Positions 12,237 through 24,375 are shown, numbered from the whole stretch's first letter. The stretch is 58,042 nucleotides of DNA, filler included, from Dugesia japonica (GCA_001938525.1; 5 parts of 5 records of this genome joined end to end with filler, not necessarily neighbours in it); one strand, 5' to 3'. Notes: generated from the letters alone by a model not told the origin. A program made the numbers and translations.

Positions 12237-12813
12237 ATGAGTAATCCAACAGAAGAAGAATTAGAAAGAATAGTAAATTTAAAGAAATGTAAATCTATAA
12301 AGATAAACGATAAAAATTATTATATCTCTAAAAAAGTTAAAGATGAAGTTAAAAAACAATCAAAAGAAGGTGGTTTTGCATTTCTTGCTGCAATTCCAGC
12401 AATAATTGGCGCATTAGCCGGAACTGCTCGAATTGCATCTGGAATTGCAAATACAGTTACAAATTCTAGAAATGCAATTAAAGTTCAAAAAGAAATAGAT
12501 TTATTAGATAAACCTAAAACAGAAACTAAAACAGAAACAAAAATACAAAGAGAAACTCCATCTCCGATAGAAGGAAGTGGAATAAAGAAAAAGGTATTTT
12601 TTTAAATCAATATCAAGGTTCTGCAGTTCATAAATATTTAAAAAACATTGATCCTAAATTTAAGAAATTAACAAAAAAGTTTAAAAAACGAATTAAAATA
12701 GTACATAAAGGAAAAGGTTTATATTTAAATCCTTTTAAAAAGGGAAATGCTATTGATGAAGATGAAGAAACTGAAACTGAAGATGATGAAGATGAAACTG
12801 AAGATGAAAGTTA
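12237..12813 (+). CDS. Adenovirus pX-like / Polinton core protein, split by a -1 frameshift near 12590
   Basis: EGGFAFLAAIPAIIGALAG resembles the pX motif GG-hydrophobic helix. The -1 frame continues KGIFLNQYQG...GKGLYLNPF with an acidic tail. Homologue at 47043-47705. Confidence 0.65.
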
Positions 12814-12831
12814 AAATATTTTCTATAAAAA

Positions 12832-13760
12832 ATGGATATGAATGAAGTGGAAAGAATTAAACAATTAAGAGCTTTAATTTTAATTCAAGAAAAATATAAC
12901 ATTTTTTTCTCTAGTAAAGTTGCTGATTATAAAAATTTACAAAGTAACTTATCAGTTTTACAAGAACCAACAATTAATGCATTACAACAACTTTCATTAT
13001 TAGAAAAACCAAAATCAGGACAATTAGAACAATTATTATTAAAAGATGAAATAAAACCAATAATAAAAGATGATGAAAAAAAACAATAATAAAAGATAAA
13101 AAACCAATAATAGTAAAAGATGAAAAAGAACCAATAATAAAAGATGAAGATAAAAAATTTGAATTATTGAGGAAAGATGAAATACGACCAATTGTTTTTA
13201 GAGAAGATTTTAGAATTACAGAAAATGTATTAACAGAATTAACAACACCAAAAGTGTAAATTTACAAATGTTGGTTTAAAAGGAGAACTTGATAAAAAAT
13301 TCTTAACAATAAAATTTCCAGGAAATGATGATGAGTTATTTTTATATAGAAGAGGAAATCAAAATTATTTTTATGTTGGTAATGAAACTCATACATTTAA
13401 TGATATTTTAATAAATTTAATTTTAGAAAATAAAGAGGCATTAAAGGGAGATGAAATAACAAAAGATTATATTGAAATATATTTAAAATTAGTAAATGAT
13501 AATGAAAAAGATGAATACTGTGAATTTTTAAGAAATCTAAAAAACCAAAAAAAAGAGGTAGACCAAGAAGCCAAGAAATTAAAGGATTTGCTCTCAATCC
13601 TCTAGCTTTATTTGAAAAGTTAACATTATTAATTTTTGCAACAAAATCTGGACATAATAATCTCTCTAAAGAAATTAAGAGTAAATGTAAAAAATTAAAA
13701 AATCTAGGTTTAATATCTAATAAAATTTATAAAAAATATAAGACTAAATATTTGAAATGA
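12832..13760 (+). pseudogene. Conserved Polinton uncharacterised protein, disrupted
   Basis: N-terminus RIKQLRALI and C-terminus NPLALFEKLTLLI..TKSGHNNLSKEI match the intact homologue at 47739-48785. Confidence 0.75.
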
Positions 13761-13763
13761 GAA

Positions 13764-14400
13764 ATGTCACATCAATTCTTAATAGTTGGAAAAAAACAAG
13801 ATTTAAAATTAGATTTAAAATTTCCTTTAGAATTAGATTCAGAATATGAACTTGGATTGATATTTTTTTTCATGTTACAATATTATTTTTAACATTACAA
13901 ATGTAAATAATAAATTTAATGGTAAAACCAAATTAGAAAGTATAGAACCTGTAGCTTATGAAGTAAAAGAAATATCAAGAAAATTAGAAAAATATGGAAT
14001 AGAAGTTAGAGCTGATACTTCAACAGCAAAATGTTTTGATGATAAATCATTCTTTCATAAAATGTTAGGTTTCTCTGTAAAAACTTATCATTCAGAAAAT
14101 AAAATTGATATTACAAATATTAATATGATAAATATAACTTGTAATATTGTTAAAGGTAATTATGTAAAATCTCCAACTGGAGAAACTAAACAAATAAATC
14201 TTCTCTATTCATTTCCAATTAATACAGTTGCATTTGGATTAAAAATTATAGGAAGACCATTTACACCAATTTATTCTAAAATTAATACAAAATATATTGA
14301 CAGTTTATGATTTAACATTGTAGATGAAAATTTTAACACAATAGATTTTAGTCAAGAAACAATTTCAATTATAGTTCATTTAAGAAAGTATCGATTATAG
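13764..14400 (+). pseudogene. Polinton minor capsid protein (penton), lineage A
   Basis: MSHQFL..FPLELDSEYELGL..NITNVNNKF..AYEVKEI..MLGF..ITCNIVKGNY..LYSF..PIY..IVDEN..IDF..IVHLRK. One frameshift at about 13865 and one in-frame TGA at 14308. Confidence 0.8.
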
Positions 14401-14402
14401 AT

Positions 14403-14499
14403 TTTACTTGTTATCGCGCGAATGAAAACCTTACATTTTACATTTTACACTTTACTTGTTATCGCGCGAATGAATAACTTACATTTTATATTTTACATT
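14403..14499. repeat. Two tandem units of about 48 bp, each with a TCGCGCGA palindrome
   Basis: TTTACTTGTTATCGCGCGAATGAA..CTTACATTTTA twice, between the penton and protease genes. Confidence 0.85.
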
Positions 14500-14514
14500 T
14501 AAAAAATAGCGAAG

Positions 14515-14937
14515 ATGTCAGAAGTTTTATTAATATATTTCTTAAAAACATTTGGAATCTCTACAACTACAAATTTTGATTTATATTCAATTGCTGACTT
14601 TTTAGATCTCCCACTAGAGATTTATATGAAAAATGATATCCTAAGAACCCTAAAGGATTCTAACATAATTATTAATTATCAAAATTCAAATCAAAATGGA
14701 ACACATTGGGTATGTTACACTAAAGGTTATTATTTTGATTCTTTTGGTTTAAAACCATTAGAGAAACTTGAAAAGTTTACAAAGAAATATAATGAAATTC
14801 AAGTTCAACATTTTGGTACTGAAATTTGTGGAATCTTATGTATTTATTTTTTATATTCACTTCAACATAAAAAAGCTTTTGATGAAATAATATCTGAAAT
14901 GTTAAAACTTTATAATTCAATATTAATAAATGAATAA
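14515..14937 (+). CDS. Polinton adenain-like cysteine (maturation) protease
   Basis: Catalytic motifs GTHWV (His), YFDSFG (Asp) and QVQ....ICG..C (Gln/Cys). ORF intact. Confidence 0.92.
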   Translation: MSEVLLIYFLKTFGISTTTNFDLYSIADFLDLPLEIYMKNDILRTLKDSNIIINYQNSNQNGTHWVCYTKGYYFDSFGLKPLEKLEKFTKKYNEIQVQHFGTEICGILCIYFLYSLQHKKAFDEIISEMLKLYNSILINE

Positions 14938-17170
14938 GTTTGGTGAAAGTTTATTTGATGTTAATAATTCACAATTAATTAAAACTGTTGATGCTAAACT
15001 TAGAATATCAGATGTAACAAATGAAAATAAATATGTAAATGAAACAGGTGATATGATAACATGTTTAAAAATAATAGAAGATCCTGTAGATTTAAATGAT
15101 GCAGTTAATTTAAATTATGTTAAACAATTAGAAGATAAAATAAAAACTCATGAACTATTTTTTACTGATATTTTAAAGTTAAACATTAACAAACTTTATT
15201 TAGAATATAAAGCTAAACATTTAAATGATAAAGTGTTAAATGATAAAATTAAAAATTTAACAAATAAATGTTCACAAACAAAATATAATGATATCAACAG
15301 TGAAATCAAAACATTAGTGTAAGAAGTTTTTCCATTTAAAAGAAGTGATTTATTAAATATTTTTAAAAAAATACCGAAGGGAGATCTAAATAAAAAACTT
15401 AATAAAGATGTTGAAGAATTAAATGTTAAACTTATGAATTTAAATGATGATTTAAATAAGAAAACATTTTATAAGTATTCACAAGTTATTAATACACTTA
15501 AATTAAATATAGAAAATTTTACACTTAAAACTTCAAATATAAAGAAAGAAGTTGAGTTGATAAAACCAACACTTCATAAAATGCATCTTAAAAGAAATAA
15601 TGATTTGTATGAAACATTTAAAGAAATACTTGAAGATAAAAATATAAAACATTTCATTGATAATTATTTACCTTATATTTTTATTGAAACTGTTTATGAA
15701 GTATTTAAATTTTAAAGTAATCAATTTAGTATTATGGATAAATATGTACAAAATATAGATTTTAAAAGAACCAATTTTATCCCAAATCAGTTTTATTTTT
15801 ATCTTGAAAAACCTTTTAGTGTTTTTTTACATGTAAAGTTAAATGAAGAAATTACTATAAAGATATCCGGTCTTAAAAAAAATAGTAATGAAAAAAATTA
15901 TGATTATATAATTAAAATTAACCATATGTCAAAAACATTTACACATTTAAAATCACAAACCAATGATAATTTTTTTAAAATCTTTCATGATAGCATCGAA
16001 ATTAATAAAGATGTAAATATAAATTATATTGAAATAGTTTTACCAGAAGAATTTTATTTATATGAATTAAGTGTTAATTTATTTAAATTTGAGATTCTAA
16101 ATAAATTAACTAAAGAATTTGAAATGATAAAATCAAAACTCCATAAAATACAAGTTAACAATTTTAATCTTTTATTTAAAACTTATAAAGAAACACTTAC
16201 AATTGGAACATTAAAACCTTTAAGAGAAATGTTTGATAATTATTTAGTTTATAATAAAACACCTAGTGTTAATATATTATTTTCAATTAATTCTCTTCAA
16301 GAATTTTCAATTATGGAGAAATATGTAATTAATCTTGATTTTAAACGAAAAGATAAAAATATTTTTAATATTGCTTTACATACAAACATTAAAAGAAAAC
16401 TAAATATAACTATAAATGGTAATTATACATTAGAAAAATTTACATATGTCATTAGAATTAATCATCTTGCTGTTTCATTTTTATATGCAATACCTAAAAC
16501 ATTTAACATTTACCAAGAAAGCACTGTAATTAATAGAGATGAAAATATAAATTATATTTTAATAATTTTTCCACAAGAAGTTCACATAAAGAATTTAAAC
16601 ATTAAAATCCTCACATTTAAAATTCCAGATGAAGTAATTAAAGAATTTAAAAGAATAAAAACAAAACTTCATGAGTCTAATATTAAAAGAATTGATCTTT
16701 TAATAAAAGAATATGAAGAAAATAGTTCTGATGTAATACTTAAAAGTATAAAAGAGTTAATTGATAATTATTTACCACTTAACGCTTTTATACTTTATCA
16801 TGGAATATTTTCATTTAAATCATCAGAACAAAGACTCACTAATATTCCTTATTATGATATTAGTGAAAAAGTGGAAAGAATAGATTTCAAAAGAAAAATA
16901 AAAATGGTTATTTTTATCTTGAAGAATCTTTTGTTGTTTCTATAAAGACATATTCCCCATTATTTATCTAGTTAATTTTCATAACTGGTTATTCTGAATT
17001 AAAAAGTTTTACATATACCATTACTTGTGTTAATATTACTAAATCATATATTAAAACTTTAACCAAGAAAGAATTTGAAATTAGTAAAATATATTATAAA
17101 GAAAAAACAAACTTTATAGAAATAACTTTACCAAAAGAAATTTACATTAGTTATATTTATATTAAAGAAA
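14930..17170 (+). pseudogene. Large protein with a fibre-like N-terminal motif and tandem repeats of about 190 aa
   Basis: ORFs 14930, 15434 and 15734 share one frame, separated only by single TAA codons. N-terminus MNKFG..GDM..DPVDLNDAVNLNYV. Repeats start (D/E)K(Y/V)..(I/L)DFKR. Confidence 0.6.
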
Positions 17171-17813
17171 ATGAAGAGTGACAAAATATATCCTGATCTT
17201 AATGATTACACAATTATAGATTTAAAAAATAAACTATCAATGTCAAGAATTAGAGATTTTGAAAATGATCTTTATTATATTAAAGATAAANNNNNNNNNN
17301 NNNNNNNNNNNNNNNNNNNNNNNNNNNNNNNNNNNNNNNNCATTATAAGAAAATACAAAAAAGATGGGAAAGAATAGATTCAGGTATAAAATATACACAA
17401 ATATTTATTAGTGCTGGAATTAGAATTGGTGGTGTTATATTAATTACTCCAGTTAGAATTGCGCTAACAACAATCGGAATACCAATAATTACTGGCGCAA
17501 TTTCCGTTTTACTAGTAATTGGAACATTAAATTCTTCGTTGATAAAATCTAGAAAAGAAAGATATGAAAAATTAATTAAGAAACTTGAATGTGTTAAAAA
17601 CAAACTATTCTTATTTCAACAAAAAGCTGTTAATGATGAAATACTTACTGATGAAGAATTAATGATTTCTAAAAATATGGTTAATGAAGTTCATGAGTTG
17701 ATATCTGGAAATAAAAAAGAAAAAACTAAAAATACAGATTTTTCTTTAAAAATGTAAATACAAAATCAAACTAAAGTAATTAATGAAATTAAATCGAAGC
17801 TAGGAATATTATG
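17171..17813 (+). CDS. Conserved Polinton/adintovirus membrane protein with a central hydrophobic hairpin
   Basis: KIYPDL...(gap)...YKKIQKRWERIDSG, a long hydrophobic Gly-rich segment, then KERYEK..KL....QKAVNDEILTDEE. May be the family labelled GasderminX (unverified). Confidence 0.55.
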
Positions 17814-17860
17814 ACGCAAATGAAGTCAATATTAGGAATATAAAAATTGACACGGCATGG

Positions 17861-18385
17861 GTGTTTGTTATAAAAATGAATACTTGGAATATAATGAGAA
17901 CAGTTGTTATGATTAAAATTTTTATTATAAAAAATACCTACATAATGGTTTATTTAAATTCGACACTTTTTTACAAACATGTGTATGATTTATGTTGTGA
18001 AGATTGTATAAACAAAATTAATAAAAATATTTTTGGTGAAGATAAAAAAATCACTCAAAAATTACCTGTGTGTGTTCAAAAAAGATTACCTGGTGTTTTA
18101 ATAAATACCCCTAAACAAATCGATACAACAAATCATAAAGAAAATGATGATGAAGAACATGATGAAGAAATAATTTCTAAAGAAGAAGGCGCTACGCTGG
18201 ACTATGTACAAAATGTTGTTGAAGAAATAATTTTTGTTGAAGAAAAAAAGGGAAATATGTTTGTTCATGGAGATATGATTGGTTTTAATAAATCTGATGA
18301 AAAATATTGGAATAGAGAATATGATCATTTACAAAAAGAAAGAATAAAAAAAATAAGAAACGAAAAACTTTTGAAGAAGAAATAA
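17861..18385 (+). CDS. Hypothetical Polinton protein
   Basis: 174-aa ORF within the cassette, with a CCEDC motif and an acidic stretch. Start uncertain. Confidence 0.45.
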   Translation: MFVIKMNTWNIMRTVVMIKIFIIKNTYIMVYLNSTLFYKHVYDLCCEDCINKINKNIFGEDKKITQKLPVCVQKRLPGVLINTPKQIDTTNHKENDDEEHDEEIISKEEGATLDYVQNVVEEIIFVEEKKGNMFVHGDMIGFNKSDEKYWNREYDHLQKERIKKIRNEKLLKKK

Positions 18386-18390
18386 GACCA

Positions 18391-19008
18391 ATGAAAACTT
18401 CATTTACATCTGATGAAGAAATAAAACCAATGAAAACTTCATTTATATCTGATGATGATTTACTAGATGATGATGAAATTCAAAAAGAAACAGAAATTCA
18501 AAAAGAAACAAAAATCCAAAAAGAAACAGAAATTCAAAAAGAAATCCAAGAAGATATTAAATTTTATCAAGAATTTTCAAAATCACTTGTAAATGATGTT
18601 AATGAACAATCATTTAATTTAAATGGTGCAATAGCTTTACCTGAGAACACATTAATATTAAAAGAAGAAACTTTAGAAAATATTAATGAAAATATTAAAC
18701 TTTGGTATAATAATTTAAATATAGAAAAACGAATTACTTTAATAAGTCTTTATAATTTAGGTTATTTCTTTGAACTGTTAAAAATAAAATTTAGAAGTAA
18801 TGATCAAATGTTAGAACATTTAATGAAAATTGGAATTTACTATAAAATTAATTATGTTAATAAAATAATAAAATTATATAAATTTGCTAATCAATATCCA
18901 GATATATTAAAATCAAGTTGGCCATTTAGAACAATAGAAAAAGAAATAAAAAGAATAAGAATATATTTTTCTGAGAAAATACATTTGACACTAACATCTA
19001 ACATTTAA
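18391..19008 (+). CDS. Hypothetical Polinton protein with acidic repeats and a helical C-terminal domain
   Basis: 205-aa ORF with QKETEI repeats. C-terminus is paralogous to 19783-20025. Confidence 0.65.
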   Translation: MKTSFTSDEEIKPMKTSFISDDDLLDDDEIQKETEIQKETKIQKETEIQKEIQEDIKFYQEFSKSLVNDVNEQSFNLNGAIALPENTLILKEETLENINENIKLWYNNLNIEKRITLISLYNLGYFFELLKIKFRSNDQMLEHLMKIGIYYKINYVNKIIKLYKFANQYPDILKSSWPFRTIEKEIKRIRIYFSEKIHLTLTSNI

Positions 19009-19009
19009 C

Positions 19010-19760
19010 ATCTAAAACAAATCATCTAACATTTCATCAGTTTCTTTATTTAAATAAAAATAATTATATTTAGTTTTCCAGTGAAGATTTACTTCATAAT
19101 CATNNNNNNNNNNNNNNNNNNNNNNNNNNNNNNNNNNNNNNNNNNNNACATTATCTCTATCAGTTTTATTTAACTTAAAAAATATATAACAATTAGAATT
19201 ATTTCTGATAGAGTTTTTATCTAATTGGTAATATGTTTGTGAAATGTAAATAACATTACAATTAGAATGTCTTTCTCTTGTGAAATAACATTTTGTACTT
19301 GTTGATTTTTTTCATTAACAACATCATCAAATATTATCAGATTTTTCTTTTCTGCTGAAAGTTTATCACAAGAAACTATTTCATTAGGTTTATTACTTAA
19401 AGTTATAAGTATAGATCTTTGTTTTTTAGTAACTAATTTTTTATCTAAGAAATATTGTACAACTTGATATGGAGTAGTATAATTATTTGGTACTATATTT
19501 TGATTTTCAAATATTAAACTTATTTCTTCTTTAGTTAATCCATTTTCTAAACCAATATAAAGAAATTGAATTTCAAATTGGGAGATTGTTGTAGAGTAAA
19601 TAATTAAATTATCATAATCTAAAATTTCAGGAGTTAGGAGCATTTTCATTAATAAAACATTTTTACCACAACCAGAAGATCCAATCATTAAAAGTCTAAA
19701 ATTATTGGGTAACACTTTATTATTAAATTTTGTTACATTTTTATTCCAGATATATGCCAT
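19010..19760 (-). pseudogene. Polinton packaging ATPase (FtsK/A32-like), lineage A
   Basis: Walker A GSSGCGKN and Walker B LIIFDD. After a frameshift: FTRKRHSNCNVIYISQTY. Confidence 0.9.
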
Positions 19761-19782
19761 TTTTATAATACAAAAATTTCGG

Positions 19783-21040
19783 TTATGCGTGGTCCATTTT
19801 TAATTCTGAATCAACAACTTCTTCAATTGCTTTAAAATTCATTGTTATCTTTCGAAATGAAAATTTACTACTTAATATTCTTGGAAACGTATCTACAATC
19901 TTACTAAATTGAATTAATTTATTTATGTATCTAATTGAATAGAAAATTTCTTCTCCAAGTAAATAATTTTTAAAATGTGAACTTTTTTTAAATTGTAGTT
20001 TAAGTAATAATAATAATTTCCCCAATCTAGAATAACCAATTAAACTAATTTGTTTAGTTTTAATTGTTACATCATTCCAATAATTAATTTCTTGTGAATT
20101 TTTCTTCTACCATGTGATTTGTATTTTTCTTCAGTTAATTCAGTAATTATTAAAGTTTTTTGTTCCGTTTTATTTGTTTTTACTGTTGATGAAGTAAATG
20201 TTGATTGTAATGATAAAGATTTTAAAAACTCTTGTTTAAAATTTAATTTTTCATCTAACTTACGTAAAACCTTATCATCATTTTCTAAAGATTTATATTT
20301 TTTCTTATTTAATTTCCCCATCTTGATTGTACTTTTTTCTAATTTAGTTAATGGTGATATTTCAGATTCATCGTTCTTAGAAATTGTTTCATCTTCACCT
20401 GAAGATTCAGATTCACTTTCATCTTTCTTAGAAATTATTTCATCTTCAGTTTTATATGATTCATCTTCACTTTCATCTTTCGTTGGAATTATTTTATCAT
20501 TCTTAGAAATTATTTTATCTTTCTTTGGAATTATTTTATCTTCATCTTTCTTTGGAATTATTTTATCTTCACTTTTATCTTTCTTTGGAATTATTTCATC
20601 TTTCTTAGTAATTATTTTATCTTCACACATCTTAGTAATTATTTTAGATTCAACTACCTTTGTAATTATTTCATCTTCATCTTTACTTTCATCTTTCTTT
20701 GTAATTATTTCACTTTTATCTTTCTTAGTAATTATTTCATCTTCACTTTCATATTCAGATTCATTTTCAGATTCAGAATATTCAGAATATGAAAGTTCAT
20801 CTTTACTTTCATCTTTCTTAGTAATTAATTGAGATTCTTTAAAATTTTTTTATTAGCTTGATATCTCTCCCATTGAGCATTACATTCAGAAAATGAAGAA
20901 TATTCAAATTCACTTTCATCTTCACTTTCATCTTTTTTAGTAATTATTTTATCTTCAAGAGTCTTTGGAATTATTTTATTTTCAAGTGTCTTTGGAATTA
21001 TTTTATCTTCACTTTCAGAAAATGTTAATCCTTTTTTAAG
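19783..21040 (-). pseudogene. Low-complexity acidic/Lys repeat protein with a C-terminal helical domain
   Basis: (E)DKIIPKKD / DEIITKKDES repeats. ORFs 20067-20630 and 19783-20025 are in one frame, separated by one TAA. Confidence 0.6.
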
Positions 21041-21044
21041 TTTA

Positions 21045-21350
21045 TCAATTTAGTTTATAATATTCTTTCATATTTCTTTTTATATCTTCCACAGTAATAT
21101 CTTCTTTAAAAATTATTTTAGGTGCATTTCCTATTACTAACTCTTCATTATTTTCATCTACACATACGAATCTGTTTTTTATAAATTTTTGTTTTAAAAT
21201 TCCAGATTTAATATTTTCATGTTTAGTTATTGTTATTTTTATCAATAATAAATTATCTCTAAGATTATTATAAAATTCTGGATCTGCACTTATATAAAAC
21301 CAAAATAATTCATCAATAAAATCTATTAAAAGTTCTTCAACTCTATTCAT
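21045..21350 (-). CDS. Hypothetical Polinton protein
   Basis: 101-aa ATG ORF directly downstream of the integrase, same strand. Confidence 0.45.
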   Translation of the reverse strand: MNRVEELLIDFIDELFWFYISADPEFYNNLRDNLLLIKITITKHENIKSGILKQKFIKNRFVCVDENNEELVIGNAPKIIFKEDITVEDIKRNMKEYYKLN

Positions 21351-21389
21351 TTATTACGATCATTTTTTAATCATAACTATAATTTTCTT

Positions 21390-22313
21390 TTATAATAAAG
21401 TTTTCTGTAATTCATTATTATAAAATCTTTCCAATATTTTGTTACCACTAAGATTACTGATTTCATTTGTAAATGGGTACTTATGAATTTTAGTAATAAC
21501 ATAAATTCTTTTTGACCATTTAAATTTATAACCTTTAGGAAAAGTTTTTCCTGATTTAGTAATTCTTACTCGATCTCCAATTTTAAATCTTAGCTTTTCA
21601 CTGTAAGGGTTTTTAGGTTTAATATTAATACTTTCTGGATTCATACTTGCTTCTTTTGGTGTAATATTAATTGTAGAATGTTTAGTGTTATTGTAATCAT
21701 TTACTATTTTATCTAATAGTTCAGGATTTATATCTTGATTCCCAACGGCAGTAAAATGGCAAAAAAGCTTATTTTTAAATGTACGGTTATATCTTTCAAT
21801 TACAACTGCTTTTCATTGATTTAAAGTTGAATAGATTTCAATATTATTTTTTTTACAAAAAGATTTAAATTCTTTATTATAAAATTCTTTACCTTCATCA
21901 ACCCATAATTTATTTGGAGTTCTATTATTTTTTTCTAGAATTCTTTCAAATGCTTTTGTTATTGATAATCCAGTTTTATTTTTAGTTAGTTCTATAAATG
22001 CAAATCTTGTGTATAAATCAATTACAGTTAATATTAAATTTTTCCCTTTTCTTTCTTTTCCTTGAAATATTAAATCTGCAGACCAAATATCATCTTTATC
22101 GTTAACTATTACTTTTCTAAAATTTTTAGGTTTTCTATATTCTTTATGAAGTTCTTTTGATAAAATGTCTCTTGAGGCGACTTCGTCGCTATCAGATTCA
22201 TCTTTTATAATTGTATTTTTAAATGGATCTTTTCTCGTTCCTTGATCAATCATTATTTTACCTTTCATTGCTAATTTTACAAGTGCTCTTTGAAATTTTT
22301 CTGTTAATGTAGG
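21390..22313 (-). pseudogene. Polinton retroviral-like (rve) integrase, 5'-truncated by contig end
   Basis: ELHK, WSADL, LTVIDLYTRFAF, LWVDEGKEF, IERYNRTFK, YNNTKHSTI, FKIGDRVRI, KGY..KWS and FYNNELQK. One in-frame TGA at 21813. Confidence 0.93.
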
Positions 22314-22413
22314 NNNNNNNNNNNNNNNNNNNNNNNNNNNNNNNNNNNNNNNNNNNNTTAATTAATTAANNNNNNNNNNNNNNNNNNNNNNNNNNNNNNN
22401 NNNNNNNNNNNNN
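22314..22413. other. Artificial contig linker
   Basis: N44-TTAATTAATTAA-N44. Confidence 0.97.
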
Positions 22414-23903
22414 TATATATTTTCTCAACTTACATCTTCGAGTTATGAAAAGAAGTTGAATTATAAGACACACAACAACAAACCAACTGAAACCGTAGAA
22501 AATTGATTAGACGACGAAAAATCATGCAAAAATAAAGTTTAAATAATTAGGTTTCTTTCGAAGATTTTATCAATTGATCTAAAATAAAATTCATTAAAAT
22601 AAAAGCTTCAAACAAAATTTGTTTTTTTGGTTTTTGATAATAATTCTATATTTCGACTTTGTATTCGTCAGGAAAAGTCAATTCCTCACGAAAAGAAAGT
22701 TCAAAATATAGAAACAAATTTTCAACGAAGCTTTAATTTTAATGAATTCTGAAAATCGATCAATGGTTATGTCCAACAATTATTCTCGCAATAATTGCAA
22801 TTGTAAAATGAAATTGACAAATATTTTATCAAAAATAGCATGTGACTCATTTACGAACTGAAAATCATTTGATTAACAAATTTGAATTTTATGATATTAT
22901 AAGAATTCAAATTGACCTCACTTTCAGTTTTTAACTTCTTCCCTCTTGTCAACAGTTATATGTCATTTATAAAATGATATAAAGTTTTAAATTTGTTAAT
23001 ATTAAATGATTTTATTTGCTTAAATAATTCATTATTAATAAATAGTTTTTTGTTTAAATAAATAATTATCAAACTTTCAATGAATTCCTTAATAAAATTA
23101 TGTAAACAAATGTTTACGCATCCCCACAAATTAACAATATTTTAAATGATTTATTAAATTTATCATACAAAAAATTGTTGATGTCAACTTATCTTTGACA
23201 CTCTTCTTCAACAATTGCCAAAGTTCTTAAACTTCCCCTCCCTCAAATTTGTTGGCATAATTAATGGACAGCCCTTAATAAAAGTAGAAAACAAATTTAC
23301 TCAATTCACTGATATCTATAAAGGGCATAGTTATTATCTTTGATAAAATTTTTAATTGTCATTATTTGTAAGAAAAACTTCCTTATTAGAATACATTTAT
23401 TTAATACAATAATTATTGTGTAGAGTTTTCTTGAAATTAAAAATCTGAATCGAAAAATTCGATATTCTAACAAATATATGCACAATCATTTGCATAATTT
23501 TAATCTTATTTTTAAGGTTTTCTTATTTTTAAACTTTACCTAACTTTTATATAAGATTGCCAAATTGCCAATTAAAAAATTATAGTGTTTATCGGCTTGT
23601 AAAGTTCAAAAGGCAACTAATATAATTTATTAAACAAAAATCTATTTTTGACAAAGGAAAAATAACAAGTTTAATCGTAATAATTTTTATTGTCTATGAC
23701 ACTTTGCCATCTTAAACGCAAATTTTCTATCCCATCCTCATAAAAAGAGATGGACTTTGACGTAAAGAAATTTGAATAATACGAATAATTAGATAATTTA
23801 AAACAATTTACTCATTTTATGTTTTAACAAATATTAATTTATTTGACTTCATAATTAAAAAAAAAACGAAAGTATAAAATATAAATAGTATAAAGAGACC
23901 TAC

Positions 23904-24317
23904 CATTTATGGCTCTTTGATAACCTTCTGTACTATTATTGACTAGCCATCCTTTATTGTTGTCTGTCATGATTTTACCAATTTTCTGATATGATTCAAT
24001 TTCAGAATGATAGAAAAAATCAAATATTGCACTATTTTTAACAGTGCCGAATTTTATTTTACTGTCTGGTGGTAACTTAACTAAATCATCAACTGAATCT
24101 ATCGGATTTGTGTAAGCTTTAACTGTAAGAAAAGCTGCTAAATTTGCCGTATAACTAGTGACAATTATTAAAACAAAAAAATATAATGAGGCAGTCAAAA
24201 TTCGACCGGGGATAGAAAATGGTACATTTTCTGTCCCACCTTGTAATGTCGATGCAAAAATAAACCAAGAACTTTCTTTTAAATCAAATTTTACTCGATC
24301 TGTTGCTGGAAAATATT
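23904..24317 (-). CDS. Ionotropic glutamate receptor internal exon (M2 pore loop, M3, start of S2)
   Basis: SWFIFASTLQGG, GRIL, SYTANLAAFLT gating motif, PIDSVDDL, FGTV and EGYQRA. Bounded by ttttag and gtaggt. Confidence 0.95.
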
Positions 24318-24375
24318 CTAAAAGTGAATATATGTAAATGAAAACCATTTTTATGAATAAGAAATATATATTTAC

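Noticed and set aside
20119-20832. 237-aa hydrophobic plus-strand ORF as a membrane protein
   Set aside because: Antisense shadow of the minus-strand acidic/Lys repeat gene.
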